Source of the DNA: Promethearchaeota archaeon
GTDB lineage: Archaea; Asgardarchaeota; Lokiarchaeia; Sigyniarchaeales; SOKP01
Length of the DNA: 32,055 nt
Assembly (NCBI GenBank): GCA_019057865.1
Contig: JAHLWP010000040.1
Coordinates: 1-32,055 of the forward strand
Reading direction: 5' to 3'
Shown one piece after another: positions 17,606-25,788 of this stretch. The translations under genes were made by a program, and so were the position numbers. Numbering within the stretch: position 1 is the first letter of the stretch; every line of letters begins with the position of its first letter. The notes beneath the pieces were generated by a model, which was not told where the DNA came from, searched no databases, and saw only the letters and a program-made list of their open reading frames with translations.

Positions 17606-19297
17606 ATGAGTGAAGAAAATAGATTTATAAAAAATAAAAAGGTATTAGCACTTTCTATATCACTTGTAGTAGCATGTATATTAGCTGGAGTGTTTGGAAT
17701 ATCATTTGTAATAGTAAATGATAAATATAATGATTTATCTGGAGATTACGGAGATTACAATGAATTATACACTGATTATTTGGAATTATTAAATGATTTT
17801 AATAACCTTGAAAATGAATATTCTATTTTATCAGGAGAACATATAGAATTAGAGAATGATTATAATGCCTTAGTACTTGCTTTAAATAATATGACTGCTG
17901 AAAGAGATGCATTACTACTTGTTTGTGACGAACTTCTTCAGGATATTATTGCCTTAGAGACTATTATTACTGGCCTGAATTTTGAAATAATTGCTCTTGA
18001 AAATACTATTACTGGATTACAGACTACTATTATTGGATTACAAGATGAGATATTTACTCTTACTGCTGAAAGAGATGCTTTACTACTTGCTTTAGAAAAT
18101 CTTGAAGATGATATGGATGAATTAGAGGCTTATTATCTTGGGCTTATTGCTGGTTTAAATTCTGAAATAGCTGTACTTGAAGCTGAAAGAGATACCTTAG
18201 TAATTGCTTTAGCTGATATGACTGCTTTAAGAGATAGTTTACAATCTGATTTAGATGCTATGACTATTGAAAGAGATAATTTGGTAATTGATTTATCTGA
18301 TATGACTGCTTTAAGAGATGCATTACAAATTGAATTAGATGATCTTACTGCTATCTATGATGCTCTATTGGGTGATTATCAAATACTTTTTGATGCCTAT
18401 AATGAACTTCAAACTATTTATAATACACTTCTAATTGCTTATGACTATATTACTGATACTATAAGACAATCGATACTTCCAGTTCAATATTGTATTTTTG
18501 CTGAAGCTGTAAGACGTTATTATATGGATATGTATCTTGAAGGGAAAATTGGAAAAAATTATTGGATGAGTTTTGCAGAATATTGTCGAGATGTAATATT
18601 ACACGATAGTTGGCAGGAGAATTCGTTTGTAGATGTATCTAATGCTTTTTCTGATGCTTTAAGATTTGGAAATGATACAATGTATTTAGCATGGGAAATA
18701 ATGTATTATACTTTCTTTGATTGGCTTCCAAATTGGGATGGCTGGGATTTAACAGGAAATGAGCTTATTGATATTGACACAATAGTAGATTGGTGTATAA
18801 CCGAAATTGATTATGAATATGATTCTGATATAATTTATAGTCAAGAATATTTTGAATACGATTATATTAAATTCCCAGTGGAAACAGCTTTCAGAACTAT
18901 GGGAGACTGTGAAGATCAAGCTATATTAACATCAGCTTATTTGGAAAGTTGTGGATTTGATACAGCCATTTTAATAAGTCATGATCCAAACCATCCTGCA
19001 TATGGAGAATTTTATCATGGATCCCTTTGGGTTCATATAGAAGATCGAGATGCTTTTTGGTCATTATATCCTACAACAAGGTTATGGTCTATTGATGGTG
19101 GTATTAATCTTTGGTGTTGGCTTGATACTACTTGGAATATTCCTTTTGGCTCTACACCCGAATGGCTTCAATATTATATTGATTTTGAAATACCTCTTAC
19201 TTGGGATATTATATCATTAGCTATTTGTGATATAGGTGGTACAGTAGAAACGAATATAATGGAAAATTTAGGCTTAACTTATGTTATGCCATCTTAA
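17606..19297 (+). CDS. Membrane-anchored coiled-coil protein with a C-terminal transglutaminase-like (Cys-His-Asp) domain
   Basis: N-terminal TM, then ~240 aa of acidic heptads with MTAERDAL-type repeats. Catalytic-type motifs GDCEDQAIL, FYHGSLWV and WLDTT. Confidence 0.8.
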   Translation: MSEENRFIKNKKVLALSISLVVACILAGVFGISFVIVNDKYNDLSGDYGDYNELYTDYLELLNDFNNLENEYSILSGEHIELENDYNALVLALNNMTAERDALLLVCDELLQDIIALETIITGLNFEIIALENTITGLQTTIIGLQDEIFTLTAERDALLLALENLEDDMDELEAYYLGLIAGLNSEIAVLEAERDTLVIALADMTALRDSLQSDLDAMTIERDNLVIDLSDMTALRDALQIELDDLTAIYDALLGDYQILFDAYNELQTIYNTLLIAYDYITDTIRQSILPVQYCIFAEAVRRYYMDMYLEGKIGKNYWMSFAEYCRDVILHDSWQENSFVDVSNAFSDALRFGNDTMYLAWEIMYYTFFDWLPNWDGWDLTGNELIDIDTIVDWCITEIDYEYDSDIIYSQEYFEYDYIKFPVETAFRTMGDCEDQAILTSAYLESCGFDTAILISHDPNHPAYGEFYHGSLWVHIEDRDAFWSLYPTTRLWSIDGGINLWCWLDTTWNIPFGSTPEWLQYYIDFEIPLTWDIISLAICDIGGTVETNIMENLGLTYVMPS

Positions 19298-19356
19298 TTT
19301 CTTTTTTTTTAATTTATTAATATTTAGTTAAGAGTTATTTTGGAGTTGAGAGAAAA

Positions 19357-19533
19357 ATAAGTTTATATAAGAAATATCATCAATGGTGTATCTTTTATGA
19401 AATCTGTCCTCTTTTTCGAAAAGAACAATTTGTTTGTACCCATTATGGTGGTAATGGCGAACAATGTGGTAAATATCGGGAATTTATTTTAAAGCAAGAA
19501 TTTAAAACTAAGAAAAAGGTGATTTCTCATTAG
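19357..19533 (+). CDS. Small 4-Cys protein with a possible ATA start
   Basis: ISLYKKYHQWCIFYEICPLF..FVCTHYGGNGEQCGKYREF... SD-like GGAGTTGA at 19342-19349. Confidence 0.4.
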   Translation: MSLYKKYHQWCIFYEICPLFRKEQFVCTHYGGNGEQCGKYREFILKQEFKTKKKVISH

Positions 19534-19678
19534 TATTAAAGAACTCAAAATATTATTAGAGAAATTTGATGAGAATGCTAAGATTGTTTTTAAAGTACAT
19601 AATGAATTAAGATGTTCCACTATAAAAGAAATAAAAAAATTATCTCTTGATTTAGTACAAATTTTCATAGGAGAATAA
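19529..19678 (+). CDS. Small virus-like hypothetical protein with a possible ATT start
   Basis: ISIKELKILLEKFDENAKIVF... SD AGGTGAT at 19517-19523. Overlaps the upstream stop codon. Confidence 0.4.
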   Translation: MSIKELKILLEKFDENAKIVFKVHNELRCSTIKEIKKLSLDLVQIFIGE

Positions 19679-19705
19679 GATTATAATTTATTCCTAATTT
19701 TTTTT

Positions 19706-20075
19706 TTAATATTTTCGATGTTCAAATCGTTTTTTGGAACGATAGATTTTCCGAGCAATATCATGTCTAGTTCCATCAGGAATAGAAAATGGAAATACTA
19801 CAGCAGAAACTTCATTAAATTTCTTTCCATCTCTTCTAAAAGAAAATTCATCTCCTACTGTGAAAGTATCCCAATTATTTCTACCACGATCTTCATGTTT
19901 ATTACCGGCAATGGTTATATAATGTAATCTTGGTTTTTGTTCTTCTGGTATATTTAATTCCTGTACTTTATCTTTTAATTCGTAATAAGCTTTTTCACAT
20001 TGTTCTCCACTCATATAAATATCATCGATAAAAACAATATCATTTACATCATAAATACTTGTTCCATAAGGTATT
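19706..20075 (-). pseudogene. 5'-truncated phosphoribosyltransferase-like (PRTase-CE-like) gene fragment
   Basis: Extending ORF 19706-20014 upstream gives ..DVNDIVFIDDIYMSGEQ, a PRPP-binding-loop-like motif. C-terminal VVFPFSIPD. Confidence 0.55.
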
Positions 20076-20528
20076 CTTAAAAATATGTGGATGATAAGGT
20101 TTTATATGATCAAAAGTTCTATAAAAACCAACCCACATCATAGGTGTGCTTACAACAAGAATCCCATCAACTTTTAAAATCCGGTTAAATTCTTTAAATA
20201 GCTTATATAATTCCTTAAAATCAAGATGTTCTATTAGATGACCACAAAATATATAATCAATTGATTCATTATCAAATGGAATTCTATCAGGTGCTATGTA
20301 TCTTAATGTGATAATATCACCATGATTTTGTCTTAACTCTTTAAGAGTTATAGGATTCCCATCTAAAACTATTAAATGCTTATATTTATCCCACAGATTG
20401 AGATAGTTTTCAAATCTACAATTCCCACATCCTATATCAATAATAACAGCATTCTCATCTTTAGGCAAATATTTTCCAGCTAAATCATAAAAACAGAATG
20501 GAAAATTACCTGAATATTTCTTTTTCAT
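20049..20528 (-). CDS. Class I SAM-dependent methyltransferase (Methyltransf_11-like), probably C-terminally truncated
   Basis: IIDIGCGNC, IPFDNESIDYIFCGHLIEHL, RILKVDGILVVSTP, DHIKPY. Confidence 0.8.
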   Translation of the reverse strand: MKKKYSGNFPFCFYDLAGKYLPKDENAVIIDIGCGNCRFENYLNLWDKYKHLIVLDGNPITLKELRQNHGDIITLRYIAPDRIPFDNESIDYIFCGHLIEHLDFKELYKLFKEFNRILKVDGILVVSTPMMWVGFYRTFDHIKPYHPHIFKNTLWNKYL

Positions 20529-21005
20529 TTCAAATGTTTTATTCCATTCTTTATATTTTTCCTTTGAAAATCGTAATAGAAAGGTATCTCAAGGCTTCTA
20601 CTCCATTTTTATGAAATTGTTTTTTTTTGAATTTTAAAACTTCGTGAAAGGGTAATTTCATTCACATTTCAAGAGAAAAATTCTTTGAATAAATATTCTC
20701 ACTAAGTTTTAAACTTAAAGAAGATTAACCAAATTATGAAAATCTAATTTTAGAGTTATATTATGTATTAATAATATTATCTTTACTATTTTTTATTTAT
20801 CTATTGACTATTATTATCTTAATTTATATTTTTTTAATTTTTATTGAAAACAATTAAAGATCTTTAATTTCTTTGAGGATAAAATAATTTTGAGTAAAAT
20901 TTATTTTTCTTAATAATTCTCGAAATCTTTAATCAAATTAAAGAGTTTTTTGGTTTGACTATAAATTTTAATAGAAACTTCTTTAGCTTGATTTTAAGAT
21001 AATTC

Positions 21006-21404
21006 TTATTTTTCAGAATTTAAATTTCTATTTAAATTAGATTTTTTTATTTGATTCAATAAATTTTTTTCTTCAATTTTATTTTTTATTCGATCCAGGA
21101 ATTTAAGATCTTCAGAAGTAAATTCTATCGCTGGTTTCATTTTATATTTCATAAAATTATATAAATTTGCGAGCTCATATTTTAAATCCTGAATTATGGC
21201 CTTTTCTTTAGAACCTATTTTTTCAACTATAGAGTAAATGTTAAATCTCCCTTTTTTTTCTAAGACATGAATTTTATTTGTATTTTTCAATCGTAATAAA
21301 TATATTCTCGTTTCTTGTTCTTCAAAATCAAGTTTTTTAGCTATTTCCTTACTTGTCAAGGCTTCTTGTTTTAGCAAATCTAAAATTTGATCTTTTTTAC
21401 TCAT
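21006..21404 (-). CDS. Winged-helix transcriptional regulator (repressor-like)
   Basis: KDQILDLLKQEALTSKEIAKKL...YLLRL...KKGRFNIY. Likely start is ATG 21404. Confidence 0.8.
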   Translation of the reverse strand: MSKKDQILDLLKQEALTSKEIAKKLDFEEQETRIYLLRLKNTNKIHVLEKKGRFNIYSIVEKIGSKEKAIIQDLKYELANLYNFMKYKMKPAIEFTSEDLKFLDRIKNKIEEKNLLNQIKKSNLNRNLNSEK

Positions 21405-21405
21405 A

Positions 21406-21526
21406 AATATACTAAGTTGTATATTAATAAATATATTTTGAAATTCAATATACAAAACAAACATTTAAATATACTTGATCTGTATATTATTTAATAAAGA
21501 ATGCTTTCAATATACTATTAGTATAC
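21406..21526. promoter_or_regulatory. Operator array: four AATATAC half-sites, three in palindromes AATATAC-N5-7-GTATA(TT)
   Basis: AATATAC at 21406, 21447, 21468 and 21509 (spacings 41/21/41), between divergent genes. Confidence 0.65.
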
Positions 21527-21549
21527 AAATAAAAAAAAGTGAAAAAAAA

Positions 21550-21765
21550 ATGGTTAAGTATAAAGAACTGTATGAGAACCAATTAAAGTTTATTAAAATT
21601 AAGTATTATACTGGATTTAAATGTCCTAAGTGTAGTGCTGAGATATATATGCAAGGAACTGAATTTGTATGTAGTAATGAAGACTGCTCTTATGATGTTG
21701 ATGCTTTAGAGATTTTTAATAGATATGCTAATGGAAAATATGAAAGAATTGAAGAGGTTAATTAA
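21550..21765 (+). CDS. Small Zn-ribbon protein
   Basis: FKCPKC...FVCSNEDC. ATG at 21550. Confidence 0.65.
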   Translation: MVKYKELYENQLKFIKIKYYTGFKCPKCSAEIYMQGTEFVCSNEDCSYDVDALEIFNRYANGKYERIEEVN

Positions 21766-21768
21766 AAA

Positions 21769-21888
21769 ATGAATCAAAAAATTAAGAGAATAATTGAAAG
21801 TTATGAGAGTATAATTGACTTAGAGGAAACTAAAGAAGTTATGCACCTTATAGCTGATTTAGACGAACTATTTAGAGAGGTTGATTAA
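21769..21888 (+). CDS. 39-aa hypothetical protein
   Basis: MNQKIKRIIESYESIIDLEETKEVMHLIADLDELFREVD. GAGGT SD, and the ORF fills the gap in the operon exactly. Confidence 0.55.
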   Translation: MNQKIKRIIESYESIIDLEETKEVMHLIADLDELFREVD

Positions 21889-21891
21889 AAA

Positions 21892-22257
21892 ATGAACAAA
21901 CAAAGTGGAAATAAAGAAAAAATATATCAATTATTACAAAAAGAACCTCTAACATCAATAGAATTAGCTGAAAAATTAATAATTAACGAAGATCCTGAAA
22001 AAAATATCCAATTTATTAGAACTTATCTTCAAAGACTAATAAAAGCTAAATTAATCGAATCCGTTGATAAGAATGGAAGATATAATGTCTATTGCGCAAT
22101 TCAAAGAGAATCTAATGAGAAAACTGAATTAGTTGATACTCAAATCTTAAAAAAAATGATAAAGCCATTTGTAGAGAAAAATATCGATCTTGATTTAGAA
22201 AATGATGAAATTGAAAGAATAAAAGTATTATGGGAGGAGATGAATACTAATGCCTAA
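21892..22257 (+). CDS. Winged-helix regulator, paralog of 21006-21404
   Basis: KEKIYQLLQKEPLTSIELAEKL...RTYLQRL...KNGRYNVY. Confidence 0.8.
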   Translation: MNKQSGNKEKIYQLLQKEPLTSIELAEKLIINEDPEKNIQFIRTYLQRLIKAKLIESVDKNGRYNVYCAIQRESNEKTELVDTQILKKMIKPFVEKNIDLDLENDEIERIKVLWEEMNTNA

Positions 22258-22858
22258 ATTTAATTTTGGATCATTAGATAAAGAATCAAAAAAAGTTCCT
22301 GACAGTCAGGAAAAAAAATTAATTTTAAATGAATCTACTAAAGAAGCTAAAACTGATTTAGCCAGAGATAAAACTCCTTTTAAGATTGATCAACAAGTTG
22401 CACAACCTGAAGTTTCAAGAACAGTTTCTATAGAGGCTGATCTTGGAGATAAGATCCCAAGAACCGATCCTGAAACATGGAGAACAGAAAAAGTGCCAAA
22501 ATCGATTAATGGCAGTAAAAACCATGTTGAGGGTTTTGGACACACAACCAGAACAACTGGAGAAATTGATAAAAAAATCATTGAATTTGATTTAAGAATT
22601 GAAAAAAAATTTAATGAATTCAATGAAAGACAATTAAAACTAATTAAAACTGGCCTTAAACATGAATTATCATTAGACAATGTAAGACGTTATATTAAAA
22701 CCCATCATAAAAAAACTAAGATGTATAAATTAGCAGATTATTTTTCTGATGCAGATTTATCTGAAATAGAAGAAATGTTAATGTTTCTTCATTCTACAGG
22801 AGAAATTAGAAGAGATAAAAACAATTTCTGGTATTTAACTAAATCTAAAGGAGAGTGA
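22250..22858 (+). CDS. Hypothetical protein with a probable C-terminal winged helix
   Basis: VRRYIK...MYKLADYF...EIEEMLMFLHSTGEIRRDKNNFWY. Overlaps both neighbours. Confidence 0.6.
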   Translation: MPKFNFGSLDKESKKVPDSQEKKLILNESTKEAKTDLARDKTPFKIDQQVAQPEVSRTVSIEADLGDKIPRTDPETWRTEKVPKSINGSKNHVEGFGHTTRTTGEIDKKIIEFDLRIEKKFNEFNERQLKLIKTGLKHELSLDNVRRYIKTHHKKTKMYKLADYFSDADLSEIEEMLMFLHSTGEIRRDKNNFWYLTKSKGE

Positions 22859-22863
22859 AAATA

Positions 22864-23169
22864 ATGTCTGAATTAAGATATGTATGTAAAACATGTGGAA
22901 AAGTATATAAACTCCTTACTTGGTTTAACAAGCATGTGGAGAAATATCAACACGAATTAGATCCTATTGAGTTATTTGATAAGAACAATGAACTTTCATT
23001 TCTTAAGTGTGAAATTAATATGCTTAAACGACAATATAGAGAGCTTAAAGCTAAAGGCTTTATGTCCAGTATGGATCCTATTGAGAGAATAGGAGAGGAT
23101 CAACATAGACCGGAGAGAGAACCTTTTAAAGTCGAATTCAATGTAATAATCCAAGAATTAAAAATTTGA
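22864..23169 (+). CDS. C2H2 zinc-finger protein with a coiled coil
   Basis: YVCKTCGKVYKLLTWFNKHVEKYQH. Confidence 0.7.
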   Translation: MSELRYVCKTCGKVYKLLTWFNKHVEKYQHELDPIELFDKNNELSFLKCEINMLKRQYRELKAKGFMSSMDPIERIGEDQHRPEREPFKVEFNVIIQELKI

Positions 23170-23225
23170 TATTCAAATAAAAAAAAAAAAAATTAAAAAG
23201 AAAAAGAAAAGAAGGAGGTGTTGCC

Positions 23226-23360
23226 ATCATTAAAGTTGTAAAGTCAACCAAAAAAAGTAAATCGATAAACTTTATGGATTATATATTCAAGCCAAAGAAC
23301 TCACCTAGCTTTACAACTCTAACGGGGCCGCAAAAAATAGCTATAAAAAATATGTGTTAA
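23226..23360 (+). CDS. Possible 44-aa protein with an ATC/ATT start
   Basis: Perfect SD GGAGGTG at 23214-23220, followed by an open frame IIKVVKSTKKSKS...KNMC*. Confidence 0.3.
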   Translation: MIKVVKSTKKSKSINFMDYIFKPKNSPSFTTLTGPQKIAIKNMC

Positions 23361-23508
23361 ATGGATATTATCAATTGATAATATGCATATAAACCATTCT
23401 CTTTACGTTTTTAAATAGACTTATCAATCTACTATTTAAATATTAATTTTTATTTATAAAGGAGCATGATTTCTTTTATCTTAGGAAGTATAAATTAAAG
23501 GAATCAGA

Positions 23509-23793
23509 ATGAAGACATTTGAAGAATTAACTGACCTAGAAAAATCGGTTTTATTTGTTTGGGGAAAGGAACTAGATTATACTACAACTGCACGTTATCC
23601 GATGCAAAAGATTAAAAAAAAACTCCTAACCACTCTACCGGATATTAAAGATAAAGATTTAAGGAGAATAAATAAAACTCTAATATCTAGTGGTTTTATT
23701 ACTAAACAACCTTCAGGAAGGAATCCAACATATCATCTAAGTCGTGAAGGTTTAAGATGTTGTAATATTTTAAAGGATGAATATGTAATTTAA
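23509..23793 (+). CDS. Winged-helix-like protein
   Basis: LTDLEKSVL...LISSGFITKQPSGRNPTYHLSREG wing pattern. Confidence 0.65.
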   Translation: MKTFEELTDLEKSVLFVWGKELDYTTTARYPMQKIKKKLLTTLPDIKDKDLRRINKTLISSGFITKQPSGRNPTYHLSREGLRCCNILKDEYVI

Positions 23794-23971
23794 AAAGGAT
23801 ATTAATATTTTATATAGAAATATAACCATACAACATATTTTTTATTGGAAAACATTTATATAGAAAAAATGTTGTATTAATCAATGGGAAGTAAAAAATA
23901 ACATTAATGTCAAAATTGTCATAAATTTAAGATGTCAGTTAGATTAGTCATGTGGAGGATGAGTTTGAGAG

Positions 23972-24253
23972 ATGGATATGTTAAAAATAGCAAATCAGGT
24001 AAGGAGGAAAAAAGCCCAGGATAATAAATGGTTCTTATATGAGTTTATTGATAAAAATCCTGATTTAACCGTTTATGAAATAAGTAAAAAAATTAATTGG
24101 ACAACGGGCAAAGTAAATAATTATGTACAGAAACTAGTAAAAGATAACATGATTCATAACTTTGATGAAGTAGTTAATGGTAGAAATCAGAAAAAATATC
24201 GTGGCAAAACCGTGAAAGAATTTATTAACTGGGAAGAGTTTAACAAAAAATAA
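23972..24253 (+). CDS. Winged helix-turn-helix transcriptional regulator
   Basis: FIDKNPDLTVYEISKKINWTTGKVNNYVQKLVKDNMI. Confidence 0.8.
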   Translation: MDMLKIANQVRRKKAQDNKWFLYEFIDKNPDLTVYEISKKINWTTGKVNNYVQKLVKDNMIHNFDEVVNGRNQKKYRGKTVKEFINWEEFNKK

Positions 24254-24307
24254 TTTTTTTTTAATCTTTTTTTTTTAATTTTATAAGGATTTATATTACT
24301 TTTTTAA

Positions 24308-24622
24308 ATTCATGCGAAATTTCGGCTATATTCAAACTTAAAATATGTTTTTTATGCATATTTTCAAAATAAAAAATTCATTCATGAAACTGAAAAAATA
24401 CCTGAAGAACAAAAAAAACCTAAGAAACCTAAAATTCGAAAAGAAGAAATATGTCCAACTTGCAATAAAATTCATAAAATCTTTCAGGATAAAGATATGA
24501 ATAAGAGTGAAATTATTAATTGGTTTACTAAATATCTTGTAGTTAATAAAGAAAACTTTACTTTAGATTGGCTTAGAGGACAAAAACTAACTTTTGAATC
24601 TGTAAATGAAATGAGAAAATAA
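24308..24622 (+). pseudogene. Gene fragment containing a CPTC motif but no upstream start codon
   Basis: Open frame after the stop at 24305: ...KEEICPTCNKIHKIFQDKDMNKSEIINWF...EMRK*. Confidence 0.3.
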
Positions 24623-24905
24623 TTACTTTTTTTGATAAATGTATTACAACTTTTTTTTAAGGATGAATCACCAGAAATTCAAATAGTTGAAGAATTATTA
24701 AATTATAATCTATTATCAAATTCTATATTACGTTCCATGTCTCAGGAAGGAAAGATTGATGATAAAAATTAAAAGTGCTTAAATTACTTAATTTACGAAA
24801 AATTATTTATTCATTATACTAATTATCTTTAAATACTTTATTTTGTATATTAATATTGAAGAGAAAGATAAGGATGGGGCCCACCGGTCTCTACTTATCA
24901 TTCAT

Positions 24906-25673
24906 TTAATTTACTGGTATATCATTATCCGGAAATATTTTCATTCCTTTACTTATATATTTAGGATAATTCCTGAGTTTTTTAGAAACAAATCTTTTAT
25001 ATAAAGGTTTAGTAGTATAATCTCTATAATGCTGATTATAAAGTATCATTTCTAAAAATCTCCTTATATTATAACCTGTAAAATCTGATAATTGAATTCC
25101 TTCGCTTAATTTTGAATCCATAAAATAAATTGCAGAAACAATTTTTTGGAAAGTTACATATTTAGTGCCTCTATAAATTATATCTTTAATTAATTCCTTA
25201 GTTTTCTTGTCTTTTGTTATACCTTCTGTATCTTTAAGCAATATTCCTCTCGAATGATACTTCTCTTTTAATGAATATTCAATTCTCTCAAGTAGCATTG
25301 AATATGCCCAGTATTTTATATTAATTGGTTTTAAGAGTTTATCTTTTAGAATCGCAGTAATTATAATTTCAAATTCAGAATTAGAACACATATATTCTAA
25401 CACAGAACGAAAAAAATCTATACATTCTATTAAATTAAGCTTTTTTCCTAAACTGCTTCTTCCTTTTTCTTTACTAAATAGATTTGATGCATGTAACTCA
25501 AAATCACTATTGGGTAAATTATACTTATAAGCTAATACTTCTTTAATTGTTATCATATTCAAATCTAAAATCTGAAAATATTCTTCTTGAACTAGTATTG
25601 CATTCAATAAATATATCTTTACCTTATCGGGAAGATCAACCGTTCCTGACTCATCAATGAAAACTAAAACCAT
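24906..25673 (-). CDS. DUF3800 family protein
   Basis: N-terminal VFIDESGT, ELHAS and DSKLSEGIQLSDF (DS..+QxxD) motifs. Confidence 0.85.
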   Translation of the reverse strand: MVLVFIDESGTVDLPDKVKIYLLNAILVQEEYFQILDLNMITIKEVLAYKYNLPNSDFELHASNLFSKEKGRSSLGKKLNLIECIDFFRSVLEYMCSNSEFEIIITAILKDKLLKPINIKYWAYSMLLERIEYSLKEKYHSRGILLKDTEGITKDKKTKELIKDIIYRGTKYVTFQKIVSAIYFMDSKLSEGIQLSDFTGYNIRRFLEMILYNQHYRDYTTKPLYKRFVSKKLRNYPKYISKGMKIFPDNDIPVN

Positions 25674-25788
25674 ATTATAATTAAATAAATTGGGTTTTAT
25701 ATTTAAAGTATAATTATATATATTATATTTGCATTTAATCTCAATGTTTAGAAATTAAAAGATAATTATAAAAGATTAAAAGAGTAAA

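Noticed and set aside
20530-21005. Long AT-rich intergenic stretch as a replication origin or ncRNA
   Set aside because: No ORB-like boxes, iterons or stable hairpins are visible.
15301-24253. Complete provirus
   Set aside because: No recognisable capsid, terminase, portal, polymerase or integrase gene. Only regulatory and early-type modules are present.
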